DNA of 64,000 nucleotides from Candidatus Kapaibacterium sp. (GCA_044350705.1 JBILHA010000001.1:426676-490675); one strand, 5' to 3'. Counted from the first letter of the stretch, positions 9,177-19,679 are shown. The notes: generated from the sequence alone by a model not told the origin. A program made the numbers and translations.

Positions 9177-10595
9177 ATGCCTCTCCTCGACGACCTGCTC
9201 AGGGAGTTTCCGGATCTTGCTCCCAAGAAAGACGAGCTTGCTCGTATTCTTTCCGCCATGGAGCGTTCTGGCCCTCCTCCTGCACTTGATAAAGCATTCG
9301 TTGACCAACTCCGTCGACAGCTGCTCACGATGCCCGAACCCGCCTCTCCCCTTCATTCATTCTTCTCTTCTATGCAACAGAAAACATTTGCACTTGCCGG
9401 TGCCGCAATCGCTATCGCCCTTCTCCTTCCCGCAGGATACGCCCTTTGGAAAATCAACGATGGCGGCAGTACGCTCGTCAGTAAAAATGCCGCGAAAATC
9501 ACCATGCTTGAATCTGGAGCATTCGGAAATCTTTCCGAAGCTACGTCATTTGGGAGTGCGGACGGTAAAGGCGGTAGTCCCATGATGGGATCTGCAGCAT
9601 CCTCTTCCGCACTGGTCGCTGAGGACAAGCGCATGGCAGAAGACGGCATGTTTATCGAACCGTTTCCGTACGAACCTACCATCTACACCTATACCTTTGA
9701 CGGGGACCTTGCATCGTACTTAGGAGATGCAACGGCTACCGTCTATGAACGCCAAGGATTTTCAGGATTCGACGGAACGGTGCTTGATGAAATCTCTTCT
9801 TTTTTCTCACCATTGAACCTGCGCTCTTTTCTGGGCGGTACGCTCACCTCCTTTGTCTTGAAGGCTGACAATCACTTCCTTTCTGTAGATACCACGGGAA
9901 ATATGTGGAGCATCTATAAAGACTGGATGTCGTACGGCATGATCGATAACTGGACTCCCCTTGCCGCATCTGACATTCCCGCCGATGATGCGATCATTTC
10001 TGCGGCACGGGACTTTGTGAACACGTGGGACATTCAACTCGATGGCTACGGCGATCCCCTCATTGCCGAGCCCGAGGTTTCCCTCGCACGTTCCGGTGAC
10101 ACGAGCGTCTATATTCCCGAGTCTGCGACCGTGGTCTTCCCCATGCTCATTGATGGACAGCAGGTTTACCCTTCCTGGAGCGCGGCGCCGACCGGCCTTC
10201 GTGTGAGTGTGAACCTCCGTGATCTTTCTGTAACCAATGCCTACGATGCACTCAATCAAAGCTACAACGCCTCTTCATATGCACTCACGCAGGATACCGC
10301 CCTCGTGAAGAAGCTCATTGCCGGCGGTGGGAGTGCGCCTATCACCTCGGTGGAAGGTATCGCATACGATGAGGTGACGGTTGCGCTCAACGCCCCTGAA
10401 CGCGTGCTCATGGAATACTCTCTCTACGAAAACGGCCAGTCACGCACGCTCTTTATTCCTGCCCTGCGCTTTACCATGCAAGATCCTGCTCAGATCCCAT
10501 GGACCAGCGGGGTTATTACCATCCCGCTCGTGAAAGATATCGCGGAAGCACAGGCAAGCGTGGATAACGGCGTGGTCATGCCGATGGTAAAATAG
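9177..10595 (+). CDS. Putative anti-sigma-like single-pass membrane protein with large extracytoplasmic domain
   Basis: Directly downstream of ECF sigma; short cytoplasmic N-terminus, TM FALAGAAIAIALLLPAGYALW. Confidence 0.6.
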   Translation: MPLLDDLLREFPDLAPKKDELARILSAMERSGPPPALDKAFVDQLRRQLLTMPEPASPLHSFFSSMQQKTFALAGAAIAIALLLPAGYALWKINDGGSTLVSKNAAKITMLESGAFGNLSEATSFGSADGKGGSPMMGSAASSSALVAEDKRMAEDGMFIEPFPYEPTIYTYTFDGDLASYLGDATATVYERQGFSGFDGTVLDEISSFFSPLNLRSFLGGTLTSFVLKADNHFLSVDTTGNMWSIYKDWMSYGMIDNWTPLAASDIPADDAIISAARDFVNTWDIQLDGYGDPLIAEPEVSLARSGDTSVYIPESATVVFPMLIDGQQVYPSWSAAPTGLRVSVNLRDLSVTNAYDALNQSYNASSYALTQDTALVKKLIAGGGSAPITSVEGIAYDEVTVALNAPERVLMEYSLYENGQSRTLFIPALRFTMQDPAQIPWTSGVITIPLVKDIAEAQASVDNGVVMPMVK

Positions 10596-10694
10596 TGGGT
10601 TGCGCGAAGAAGTTGTGATGCGTTAGTATTTTGGTACGTTTAGTTTCTGGCACTCAACCAACTAAACCATCTAATCCATCTAAACCCAACCTCT

Positions 10695-11225
10695 ATGATT
10701 ACTCACGTTCCTCAGGTTACCTTCAAAACACGCGTTCGTGATGAAAGCATTGGCGGCGAGAATCCTTTCCGCTGGCAAGATGTCACCACGGATGAAGTTT
10801 TCAAGGGAAAGAAAGTTGTCGTCTTCGCGCTCCCTGGCGCATTCACTCCTACCTGTTCTTCTACCCATCTTCCTGGCTACGAAGCTGCATACGACGAATT
10901 CAAGGCGCTCGGAATTGATGAGGTGTACTGCCTCTCGGTCAACGATGCGTTCGTCATGTACCAGTGGGGCCAAAAGCTTGGCGCAAAGAAAGTAAGGCTC
11001 CTTCCTGATGGAAATGCCGAATTTACTCGTGGCATGGAAATGCTCGTAAAGAAAAACAATCTCGGTTTCGGTGAGCGCTCATGGCGCTACAGCATGTTCG
11101 TTGAAGATGGAGAAATCAAGAAGCTTTTCAGCGAGCCAGGCTTCTCTGACGACTGTCCTACCGACCCGTTTGAAGTCAGCGATGCAGGAACCATGCTCGC
11201 ATACCTCAAGGGTTCACAGGCGTAA
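10695..11225 (+). CDS. Peroxiredoxin (Prx5/redoxin family)
   Basis: [38 protein letters not shown]. Confidence 0.93.
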   Translation: MITHVPQVTFKTRVRDESIGGENPFRWQDVTTDEVFKGKKVVVFALPGAFTPTCSSTHLPGYEAAYDEFKALGIDEVYCLSVNDAFVMYQWGQKLGAKKVRLLPDGNAEFTRGMEMLVKKNNLGFGERSWRYSMFVEDGEIKKLFSEPGFSDDCPTDPFEVSDAGTMLAYLKGSQA

Positions 11226-11232
11226 AAACATC

Positions 11233-11266
11233 AAAAAACAACCGCATACACTGCGGTTGTTTTTTT
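11233..11266 (+). terminator. Intrinsic terminator
   Basis: AAAAAACAACCGCA-TACAC-TGCGGTTGTTTTTT. Confidence 0.8.
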
Positions 11267-11314
11267 ATTTGTTTCAGTTATCATTTTGGCGCCACTCAAC
11301 CACGGGAGGTGGAG

Positions 11315-11722
11315 ATGAGACTGCTCGAATCTCACATCGGGCACGCCCTCAGCGACATCATCGGCGAAGGATCGTCAGATGATGAGCAGCTGTTTGCTCG
11401 GCAACGGGCAACCCCTCATTCGCCCACCATCGTGTGGGCGGCAGAAGTGTGCGGAAAGCGCCTCTTTCTCGCCAAGGAAGGGGTTCGGCTCCGTCTCATC
11501 GTCGTCATCAACTTCCTCAACCGGCCTGAGTACGAAGGCGTGCAGGCGGTCGCCGATGCGCTCCTCAAGGAGGGCATCATGGAGACCAGCGCCGCCATCG
11601 CGCACGCTTCCCTGCCGCCAGAGGTCCGGGAGCAGATCCGCATCATGCGGGTTGCGCAGTCGACGGATCTGGCCCTCACCCCAGGGATGAGGGAGGGGCA
11701 TCAGCTCCGTTTCAACTGGTAG
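11315..11722 (+). CDS. Hypothetical protein
   Basis: 135-aa GC-rich ORF with GGGAGG SD upstream. Confidence 0.55.
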   Translation: MRLLESHIGHALSDIIGEGSSDDEQLFARQRATPHSPTIVWAAEVCGKRLFLAKEGVRLRLIVVINFLNRPEYEGVQAVADALLKEGIMETSAAIAHASLPPEVREQIRIMRVAQSTDLALTPGMREGHQLRFNW

Positions 11723-11801
11723 GCAGCATCCCGTTCGTCTTACTTCAAAGGGCGCCAGGACCACTCGGGTCCAGGCGCCCTTCGCGCATTTTAGAGGAAT
11801 A

Positions 11802-13424
11802 TTATGCACTTGTACTACTGTCGATCGCAGGAACTTCTTTTGGCGTTGCGGCACGAAGCATCTTTGCGCGGACGCTTGTAATCATCGCCATGCACTCTTC
11901 GTTTTTCATGAGCACCGACATTCCGACGTACACCAGTCCACCCACGGCACTCGCACCGAGCACTTGAATCAGCACGCCCGTAAACGTGGTGAGCGGAAAC
12001 ATGCTTGCCAACATATATTTTGCCGTCTGTACCCCTACCGCCATTCCCATGGCTGCTGCGCTCGTTTTCATGAGCGATTTTACGAGTGCTCGTCCCCCTA
12101 GATGTCCCGCCTGTACCCGCAAAAGCGCCCACAAGAGCGCACACTGGAGGATTGCAGAGATACTAAACGCTCCCACAAGGCCAATGAGTCCTGCCTGCGG
12201 CGTGAGGATAAGTGCAAGCACGACATTACACGCTGCGCCAAGCAGGGCTGCAAGCACCGGGGCTGCGGTCTTTTCCATGGCAAAAAATCCCCGCACAAGC
12301 ACGTAAATAAGTCCTTGCGCACAGAAACTGAGCGCAAATACCGCTAGTGCATCTGCGGTGAGAACGGTTGCCTCCCACGAGAAATTTTGCGCCCCGAGTA
12401 CCAAGCGGACAATTTGCGCGCGGAGGAGCAGGAATACCACGGTTGCGGGAATCATGAGGAACATCAGCTGACGAACCGTGCCGCTAAACACTTCTTTAAA
12501 GCTCCGTGTCGCTTCTCCGGGCGTACGTACCGCATCACACAACGCGGGAAATGCTGCGATCGCATAGGAAACGGCGATAATCCCGATAGGAAAATAGTTG
12601 AGGTTGTAAGCAAACTGGAGCATGGTGACCGATCCCTCAGTAAGCGTTGAAGCGAGCGTGGTCATGAACAGAAAATTGAGTTGTGCGACCGCAAGGCTGA
12701 GCGTGCGCGGCCCCATGTGGAGAAACGTGTTGCGAACATCGCTCTCGAGCGTGACGACAGGACGAGGTGCATAGCCAAGGGCATAGACCCCTACCGATTG
12801 CAGCATGGCATGCATTGCGGCACCGAGGACCGTTCCCCAGGCAATTCCCCACGGCCCCATGATCGGCACCAAAAAAATGGCTCCTAAAATAATGCCAACG
12901 TTATAAACAATAGGCGCAAGTGAGTAGATGAAAAACCTTCGCGTTGCTTGGAGCACCGATCCAAATACCATGCTCACCGCAAAAAAGCATTGCGAGACGA
13001 GAATGACCCGGAGCATGTCCGCGGTAAGTATTTGTTTCCCTTCAGAAAATCCCCAACCAACCACCGACGCAATCCATGGCGCAAAGATCGCACAGAACAC
13101 TGAAACAACAAAAAAAGCTCCTCCCGCGAACGTCAGCATGGCATTCGTGTACCGCCACGCCTTTTCTTGGCTCTTCTCCCAATACTTCAGGAAAATCGGA
13201 ATGAAGCTTGCGGAAAGCGTCCCCATGATCAAGAGCTGAAACAGAATATCGGGAACGCGAAATGCCGCGTAATACGCATCAAGGGTATCCCCTACTCCTA
13301 CCGCCTGTACCAATACTCTGTCTCGAACTAATCCGAGAAAACGGGAGACAACCGAAAAAAAGCCTACCAGCACCGCGGCACTGGCAACGGAAGTTGTCGT
13401 AGCGGTGATGAGGCGTTTCATCAT
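11802..13424 (-). CDS. murJ: Lipid II flippase MurJ (MviN)
   Basis: SRFLGLVRDR, DAYYAAFRVPD, GTLSASFIP, many TM helices; ATGA overlap with the upstream stop. Confidence 0.92.
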   Translation of the reverse strand: MMKRLITATTTSVASAAVLVGFFSVVSRFLGLVRDRVLVQAVGVGDTLDAYYAAFRVPDILFQLLIMGTLSASFIPIFLKYWEKSQEKAWRYTNAMLTFAGGAFFVVSVFCAIFAPWIASVVGWGFSEGKQILTADMLRVILVSQCFFAVSMVFGSVLQATRRFFIYSLAPIVYNVGIILGAIFLVPIMGPWGIAWGTVLGAAMHAMLQSVGVYALGYAPRPVVTLESDVRNTFLHMGPRTLSLAVAQLNFLFMTTLASTLTEGSVTMLQFAYNLNYFPIGIIAVSYAIAAFPALCDAVRTPGEATRSFKEVFSGTVRQLMFLMIPATVVFLLLRAQIVRLVLGAQNFSWEATVLTADALAVFALSFCAQGLIYVLVRGFFAMEKTAAPVLAALLGAACNVVLALILTPQAGLIGLVGAFSISAILQCALLWALLRVQAGHLGGRALVKSLMKTSAAAMGMAVGVQTAKYMLASMFPLTTFTGVLIQVLGASAVGGLVYVGMSVLMKNEECMAMITSVRAKMLRAATPKEVPAIDSSTSA

Positions 13425-14566
13425 ACTTCTTCTCGCTCTTCTTCTTTTGACTCCTTTAATCGTACCAGAAACCAAATCAGTCCCAATAAAATGAAGAAGA
13501 GCGCCGCAAGGGTTGCCTGGATCCAAGGATTATGGAGATGGAAAAACGAGATATCAAATACCTGTGCATCGCTGACCATCGTTCCCGCTTCATCAATGAC
13601 CGCAAGCGTTACGGTGTATTGCCCCGCATCAGGAAATGCATGGACGAGCGTGGACTGTACCGAAGTTGCTCCATCACCAAAATCCCATGCGTACGTTACC
13701 TCCCCCTGTCCCACACTTGGCAGTGCGGTAAATTCATACGTTCTCCAGTCTATCCTGCGATAGGAGAACTGTGCATACGGCGAGATACTGAGTGTCCCAA
13801 ATCCAAAGATGCCCGGGCTTCCCTGCGGAGGCGCGGGGAGCTGCGTATCAGTAACGACGGTTTCCTCTCGCGCAACCGGCTGCTCGTCGTTCACTGGCTC
13901 AGGAGTTTGCTGCACTGCTGCCGGTTCTGGCTCGATCGCTTGCGCAGGCTGAGTCACTTCTTCTTTCACTTCTTCTTGTGCGATGGGTCGCGTGGTTCGT
14001 GTATCGTCATCAGGATAGGCATCTCGGTCATTTGTTACCCCATCTCCATCACGGTCATCATCACAGACATCCCCTCTCCCATCGTTATCACGATCTTGCT
14101 GGTCAGCATTCTGCGTTTCGGGACAATTATCTTCCTCATCGATGACCCCGTCTTGATCGCTGTCGCTGACACTCGTGAACAATCCCGTAATCGCTTCATC
14201 ATTTGCGGCATTGGTATCTTCAGGCGTTTGTCCTTGAATGACCGCGCGAATATTGAACGTTCCCTTGGGAACCATGTAATCAACGTAAACATCATCGCTT
14301 CCTCCTCCCGCGAGCACCGATACCGTCTGCGATCCACCGATTAATACCGCTCCCTGATAAAAGACCACTTTTGCGGCAATATCCGTTTCGCTATAGTTTT
14401 TCACCGTTGCGTAGAGACGCACGGTCTCACCCGCATACAGCACCTCTTCCGAGAAACGGATGTTCCCCGCGGAAATACTCAAATCAGCCGTTGCGGCAAA
14501 GAGCATGCGCGGCATGCACATGACTCCTGCTCCCACGACGATAGCGAATTTCTTTCCAAACTTCAT
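13421..14566 (-). CDS. Secreted, C-terminally anchored protein with CARDB-like, thrombospondin type-3 repeat and PKD domains
   Basis: DSDQDGVIDEEDNCP..NADQQDRDNDGRGDVCDDD; YAWDFGDG..HAF..AGQYTVTL; C-terminal TM. Confidence 0.8.
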   Translation of the reverse strand: MKFGKKFAIVVGAGVMCMPRMLFAATADLSISAGNIRFSEEVLYAGETVRLYATVKNYSETDIAAKVVFYQGAVLIGGSQTVSVLAGGGSDDVYVDYMVPKGTFNIRAVIQGQTPEDTNAANDEAITGLFTSVSDSDQDGVIDEEDNCPETQNADQQDRDNDGRGDVCDDDRDGDGVTNDRDAYPDDDTRTTRPIAQEEVKEEVTQPAQAIEPEPAAVQQTPEPVNDEQPVAREETVVTDTQLPAPPQGSPGIFGFGTLSISPYAQFSYRRIDWRTYEFTALPSVGQGEVTYAWDFGDGATSVQSTLVHAFPDAGQYTVTLAVIDEAGTMVSDAQVFDISFFHLHNPWIQATLAALFFILLGLIWFLVRLKESKEEEREEV

Positions 14567-15162
14567 ACAAATACTGAGGACGTTTTTTCAAGTGAAGCGT
14601 ATGTGGGTCCCGCGATCCAATGTTCTCGGGCGATATCTGCATGGATGTGCAGACGCAGCGTGTACGAAGGGTGCACACGCACCACCACTCCTTCAAGCAT
14701 CCGAGGGACATCAAGATGGAGCTCTACACTCACTTCTTGTCCATGGGACAAGCGTAACACACTCGCTTCATCGGGGGAGCAGTGCAGATGGGGACGAGGA
14801 ATGATCACTGCGGCTTTTCGTTGCAGTTTGCCGTTGAGGCCTATCAGGGTGCATTCTCCAGCTTCGGCCAATTCTCCTGATCGGGCAACCGGCGCTTCAA
14901 TCCCGAGGTATTTCGCTTCCGTAGGCGTGAGCTCTACTTGCGTTTCTTTCCGCTCAGGACCCACATACCGGACGACAACCGCACGCTTTAAGAGCTTTCC
15001 TCGTACTTCTACGCTCATATCGCTCGCGTGCTGTCCTTGCTGGGAAAGGCGGTGCGCAACCGTACTTGTCTGGTCACCAAAAAGCACCGCATAGTCTGCG
15101 GTACTTAAATGGATGTGCGAGGGAATAACTTCAATCGGAATGGCGTGCACATGTTCTATCAA
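14563..15162 (-). CDS. pduL: PduL-family phosphate acyltransferase
   Basis: HIHLS, LSQQGQ, VGPERKETQVEL, LGIEAPVARSG, PHLH, HIHADIA; two-repeat PduL architecture. Confidence 0.75.
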   Translation of the reverse strand: MIEHVHAIPIEVIPSHIHLSTADYAVLFGDQTSTVAHRLSQQGQHASDMSVEVRGKLLKRAVVVRYVGPERKETQVELTPTEAKYLGIEAPVARSGELAEAGECTLIGLNGKLQRKAAVIIPRPHLHCSPDEASVLRLSHGQEVSVELHLDVPRMLEGVVVRVHPSYTLRLHIHADIAREHWIAGPTYASLEKTSSVFV

Positions 15163-15168
15163 ACGAGA

Positions 15169-18100
15169 TTATCCTCCCAATTCGCTGCGTTTCATCATGT
15201 CGTTTTGTGGCTCTGTCACATCGCCTGCATCATCAATCACTTCTCCTTGGCCGAGATTCATGAAGATGCTTTCAACGATATCGAGCACGTATTCTCCCCA
15301 TGACGCTCCATAGATCACGCGCGCAACGGATTCTGACGCAATCCACCGGAGACGCACGATGCCGTCTCGATTCTCCAAGGCATATACTTCAGGCTGGGTT
15401 TGCAATTTCACGAGTACCGTTCCTGCCTTTGGCGGTACCAACGTTCCTTCTGGGTATGCGGCGAGCAAGCCATCAGCTACGACTTGTACATCGTCAAATG
15501 ACGAAAGATACGTGAAGAAAATTTGCTCATTGAGGAACGGGCGCTTCGTACCAAGCGTATCAAGATAGAACACCCCTCGTTCGGACTGTTCGCGCACAAT
15601 CATGCCCGGCTCCAGCTCGGCTCGTGTCGTGATCACGTCATCGCTCTTCTTTTCTACCATTTCTTCTATCGCCTGTTCCTGATCACCTTCTTCGTCTTGC
15701 TGCTCATCCTCTCCTTCACCTTCCTCTGCGCCATCTTGCACTTCCTGTTCGTCATTTTCCGTTGCAATACTCAGCGCTTCGGAAAGATCGCTCGCGAGAA
15801 CGCTGGCCAGGTCGGTCGCTTCCGCCTTAATGATGACCGCGTCTGCCTGTTCTTCAGGCGCACTCCAGCGATATTCACCGTCGTTTGGCGTATTTTGCGC
15901 AATCGTTTTCCAGAAGGTTCCCGCGTCTATGCTGTAAGAAAGCGTCACAAAACCTGGCGTTGTCGTGCTGCCTTGCGTGGTCCAGGTAATCGGAATGATT
16001 TCTCCCGCGGTGAATGATCCTCCCAGAGGCGCGGTAATGCTCATGGCATAGACTTGCGGCGTTTGCGTTCCCCCTCCGCTGTCATCACCTCCCGTTATTA
16101 CCGTTCCCGCTACAGCCGTTGCTTCATCGTGGAGCACATCAGCCGCCGTGGTCGTTTGAATGGCGTAAGTTCCGGTGGTTCCCCGCGTGGTGGGATTGGT
16201 GATCCCTGAAACCGTACACACCTGTGCTCCCGGTACCTCAGATGATCCGCCGCTTCGCGTCAGGGTGACGGTTTGTCCGCTCACACTGGTTGCAAATGCA
16301 CCATCCATGGTGGAACACGTGCCGCTTGTTGCTCCGGATACCGTGAATCCGGAAGGGAATGTTACTTTGATTTTTCCATTGTTCGCGATGCTGTTTTGCG
16401 TGGTAAACGCGATCGTGACGAGCGTGCTTACCCGGGGACGCACCAGTGACGGCGTTACCGCAGGAGAGGTCAGCGTTGCCGCAACAAGGGTATCGGCGCT
16501 CACGGCAAGTTCGCTGTCGATCATGCTGTCTGCGCTGGTAAACGTTGCCAAGGAATACGTTCCTGTCGTTCCCGCAGTGGAAGGATTTTTAATGCCGCTC
16601 ACCGTACAGGTTTCCGCGCTTCCTCCCGCCTGCAACGACCCGTCGTTTTGACGTGTAATCGTTACCCGTTGTCCGGAGATACTCGTCACAAACGTACCGT
16701 CCATCGATGAACAGGTTCCGCCCGTTGCACCCGTGATGTCGAATCCTGCAGGAAATTCTATGGCGATTTTTCCGTTTGCAGGAATGGCGTTTTGTGTGGT
16801 GAATGATGCGGTCACCGCGCCCGTTGCTCCTGCCGCAAGCGATGCTGGCTGCACGTTGGTACTTGCGAGTGCACCCGTTGCACTCGTGATGGTATCTGCC
16901 GATACCGCACTATCATTATCGATCGTCTGACTTGCTCCCGTGAGCGTTGTGATTGTGTATGTTCCGGTCGATCCTGCACTTCCCGGGTTGGTGATGCTGT
17001 TGATGGTACACGTTTGCGGACCCGGCGCCTCAGGACTTCCTGCGCCATTTCTTGTAATGGTAACCTCTTGTCCGCTCACCGACGTGGTAAACCCTCCATC
17101 CATGGATGAACAGGTTGCGCCGGATGCTCCGGAAACGTTAAATCCTGCTGGAAATGTTACGCGGACGCGGCCGTTATTAGGCAAGCTGTTGATGGTGGTA
17201 AACGTTACCGTCACGGTTCCGTTTGCGCTTGCGACAAGCGACGTAGGTTCAACGTTCGTGCTCGTGAGCGTTGACGCGACAATCGTGTCTGCGGTAACCC
17301 CTGTATCGGTGTCGATGACACTATCGGTACTCGTCAGCGTTGCCAACGAATAGGTGCCGGTCGAGCTAGCGGTAGTTGGATTTTGAATGCCGCTCACCGT
17401 ACAGGTTTCCGCGCTTCCTCCCGCCTGCAACGACCCGTCGTTTTGACGTGTAATCGTTACCCGTTGTCCGGAGATACTCGTGACAAACGTACCGTCCATC
17501 GATGAACAGGTTCCGCCTGTTGCACCGGTAACCACGAAGCCGGAAGGAAATTGTACGGCGATTTTTCCGTTTGCGGGAATGTTATTCGTTGTGGTAAACG
17601 ACAAGGTGACCACGCTTGTTGCTCCCGTATTCAATGAGGCCGGCTGCACGTTGGTGCTCGTGAGTGTTGGCGTTGCGGCGGTGATCGTATCAGCCGATAC
17701 CGTCGCGGTATCAATGAGCTGTCCCGAGCTATTTGTTGATTGTAAGGAATATGTTCCGGTCGATCCCGCGCTTCCTGGGTTGGTAATACCGTTCATGGTA
17801 CACGTTTGCGCGCCTGCCGGTTCACTTGTTCCGGCACTATTTCTTGCAATAGTAACTTCCTGTCCGGTCACCGATGTGGTAAATCCTCCATCCATGGATG
17901 AACAGGTACCGCCCGATGCGCCGGAAACGTTAAATCCTCCTGGGAATGTCACGCGGATACGGCCGTTGTTTGGAATAGCGTTCACCGTGGTAAACGTTAC
18001 GGTCACCGTATTGGTCGTTCCTGCGACGAGCGATGCCGGCTCGACGTTGGTACTCGTCATGAGTGCCGCAACAATACTGTCTGCGGCTACCGAGGGATCG

Positions 18101-18564
18101 ATGTCGATCTGGACATCAGCGGCGTTCGTCGTTTCAATGGTGTACGTTCCGGCCGAACCTGCAACCGCCGGGTTTTGAATGCCGTTGATCGTACACGTTT
18201 CGCTTCCGCTACTTTGCGAGGTTCCATCGTTTTGACGGGTGAGCGTCACCGTTTGGCCGGAAACGCTCGTCACAAACGTCCCATCCATGGTTGCGCACGT
18301 TCCGCCCGATGCGCCGGAAACGTTAAATCCGGAAGGATAGGTGACCTTAATCTTTCCATCAGCAGGAATCGCGCCCACCGTAGTAAAAGAAATGGTGTTC
18401 TGACTCGTTCTTCCTGTTTCCATGTTCATAGGCTGGACGTTGGTTGACGTCAGCCCCGCGCCCTTCACGACTGCAGCAATGCTGAGTGAGCCTGCAAGAA
18501 TGAAGGCGCTCAGGACGAGCAGAGATTTTCCGTATTTTTTCGGGGTGTGGAGTGTGCGTTTCAT
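15169..18564 (-). CDS. Large Thr/Ser-rich surface protein with six ~133-aa disulfide-type beta-sandwich repeats
   Basis: Signal peptide; six repeats of LTSTNV.P...FTT.N.IP.NG.I.V.FP.GF.V.GA.GGTC..MDG.F.TS..GQ.VT..R...CT..GI.NP...GTY; acidic linker; CPR-like C-terminal domain. Start placed at MKRTLH. Confidence 0.85.
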   Translation of the reverse strand: MKRTLHTPKKYGKSLLVLSAFILAGSLSIAAVVKGAGLTSTNVQPMNMETGRTSQNTISFTTVGAIPADGKIKVTYPSGFNVSGASGGTCATMDGTFVTSVSGQTVTLTRQNDGTSQSSGSETCTINGIQNPAVAGSAGTYTIETTNAADVQIDIDPSVAADSIVAALMTSTNVEPASLVAGTTNTVTVTFTTVNAIPNNGRIRVTFPGGFNVSGASGGTCSSMDGGFTTSVTGQEVTIARNSAGTSEPAGAQTCTMNGITNPGSAGSTGTYSLQSTNSSGQLIDTATVSADTITAATPTLTSTNVQPASLNTGATSVVTLSFTTTNNIPANGKIAVQFPSGFVVTGATGGTCSSMDGTFVTSISGQRVTITRQNDGSLQAGGSAETCTVSGIQNPTTASSTGTYSLATLTSTDSVIDTDTGVTADTIVASTLTSTNVEPTSLVASANGTVTVTFTTINSLPNNGRVRVTFPAGFNVSGASGATCSSMDGGFTTSVSGQEVTITRNGAGSPEAPGPQTCTINSITNPGSAGSTGTYTITTLTGASQTIDNDSAVSADTITSATGALASTNVQPASLAAGATGAVTASFTTQNAIPANGKIAIEFPAGFDITGATGGTCSSMDGTFVTSISGQRVTITRQNDGSLQAGGSAETCTVSGIKNPSTAGTTGTYSLATFTSADSMIDSELAVSADTLVAATLTSPAVTPSLVRPRVSTLVTIAFTTQNSIANNGKIKVTFPSGFTVSGATSGTCSTMDGAFATSVSGQTVTLTRSGGSSEVPGAQVCTVSGITNPTTRGTTGTYAIQTTTAADVLHDEATAVAGTVITGGDDSGGGTQTPQVYAMSITAPLGGSFTAGEIIPITWTTQGSTTTPGFVTLSYSIDAGTFWKTIAQNTPNDGEYRWSAPEEQADAVIIKAEATDLASVLASDLSEALSIATENDEQEVQDGAEEGEGEDEQQDEEGDQEQAIEEMVEKKSDDVITTRAELEPGMIVREQSERGVFYLDTLGTKRPFLNEQIFFTYLSSFDDVQVVADGLLAAYPEGTLVPPKAGTVLVKLQTQPEVYALENRDGIVRLRWIASESVARVIYGASWGEYVLDIVESIFMNLGQGEVIDDAGDVTEPQNDMMKRSELGG
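16591..17517. repeat. Near-identical ~132-bp direct repeat inside the surface-protein gene (16591-16722 and 17386-17517)
   Basis: AATGCCGCTCACCGTACAGG...GATGAACAGGTTCCGCC in both copies, one mismatch seen, offset 795 bp. Confidence 0.85.
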
Positions 18565-18641
18565 AAAGTTTTTTCTACCGGAAAAGCATACCATTTTTAT
18601 TGCCTCGCTTTTTTCTCCACTGTGAACAGTCCTCCCCTCTT

Positions 18642-19160
18642 TCATTGCCATACCCTGAGCTCTCTTCGGCATTCGCGGTACTCCGGGATGGTTTGCGCCA
18701 CGAGCGCCCAGAACCTTGGTGAGTGATTGAATTCCTTAAGATGGCAGAGCTCGTGAACGATGAGGTATTCGGCAAGGTGCGGGGGGAGAAACAGAATGCG
18801 GTAGTTGAAATTGAGATTGCCACGCTTTGAGCAACTGCCCCAGCGGGTTTGTTGATTGCGAACCGAGATCTTTCCGTAGGAGAATCCGTAGTGCTGATTT
18901 AGCTCGGCTACTCGTTGCGTCGTGAAATGAAGTGAGGAGTGTTTGACGTCTTGGTAAGACGGATATGAACGGACGGGACGGATATGTGGAAGCTTCGCTC
19001 TCGCCTTCTCAATCCATTCCTTTTTCTCCTCCACAAACTTTTCTGCCCATTTCATAGGTACACGAAAAGGGACGGTCACCATGCAGGTGCCGTCGCCTTT
19101 GATGCGAATGCGCAGATACTTTGCATTTCGCTTTTTCGTGAATACGATCCCTTCCTCCAT
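18642..19160 (-). CDS. YgjP/M48-like zinc metallopeptidase (DUF45)
   Basis: QQTRWGSCS, YLIVHELCHL..NHSPRFW. Confidence 0.9.
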   Translation of the reverse strand: MEEGIVFTKKRNAKYLRIRIKGDGTCMVTVPFRVPMKWAEKFVEEKKEWIEKARAKLPHIRPVRSYPSYQDVKHSSLHFTTQRVAELNQHYGFSYGKISVRNQQTRWGSCSKRGNLNFNYRILFLPPHLAEYLIVHELCHLKEFNHSPRFWALVAQTIPEYRECRRELRVWQ

Positions 19161-19166
19161 GTCCTT

Positions 19167-19679
19167 TTAAGCTCTTGCCTGGTCATTGAGAATCACCAAA
19201 TCTACCCAGTCTTTCATAAGGGCGAGATTTCTTTCTCCCGTTTCTCTTTTGGTAATCCAAAGAATCCCGTCAGGTTCCGGCATTCCCCATGTGCGCGCCT
19301 TTTCCTCTCTATACACCCTTTCGATTTCCCGATCTCCGGGAAACATGGGGTATTGCACGAGCATCACCCACTTCTCCCACGCTTCTTTCTCTGCAAACTC
19401 GGAGGGAATCTCTTCGTATCCTTTTATTTCTCCGCCCTGTATCGCTACATCTTTTTTCCGCAGTTCCTTCATTATTTGATCCGCGAAATATGACTTCCCT
19501 GCATTCGGCAAACCATACACTATGAACGTTACCAGGTTCTTTTCTCTCAGCTTTTCTTCAGTATTTTTTGCTACCCGGCTCACGCCCTCTCCAAAATCTA
19601 CGATATTTGCATCACGCTCTCGTTTTTCTCTTCGCTCTCCCACTGATTCCATACGCTTCATTTTCAAAAAATATCTCAA
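19167..19679 (-). CDS. Hypothetical protein with P-loop-like motif
   Basis: IVYGLPNAGKS Walker-A-like motif; co-oriented and tightly packed. Confidence 0.55.
   Translation of the reverse strand: MRYFLKMKRMESVGERREKRERDANIVDFGEGVSRVAKNTEEKLREKNLVTFIVYGLPNAGKSYFADQIMKELRKKDVAIQGGEIKGYEEIPSEFAEKEAWEKWVMLVQYPMFPGDREIERVYREEKARTWGMPEPDGILWITKRETGERNLALMKDWVDLVILNDQARA

Noticed and set aside
16591-17517. DGR template/variable repeat pair
   Set aside because: Both copies are in frame in one gene with a single synonymous mismatch not at adenine; no reverse transcriptase in the window
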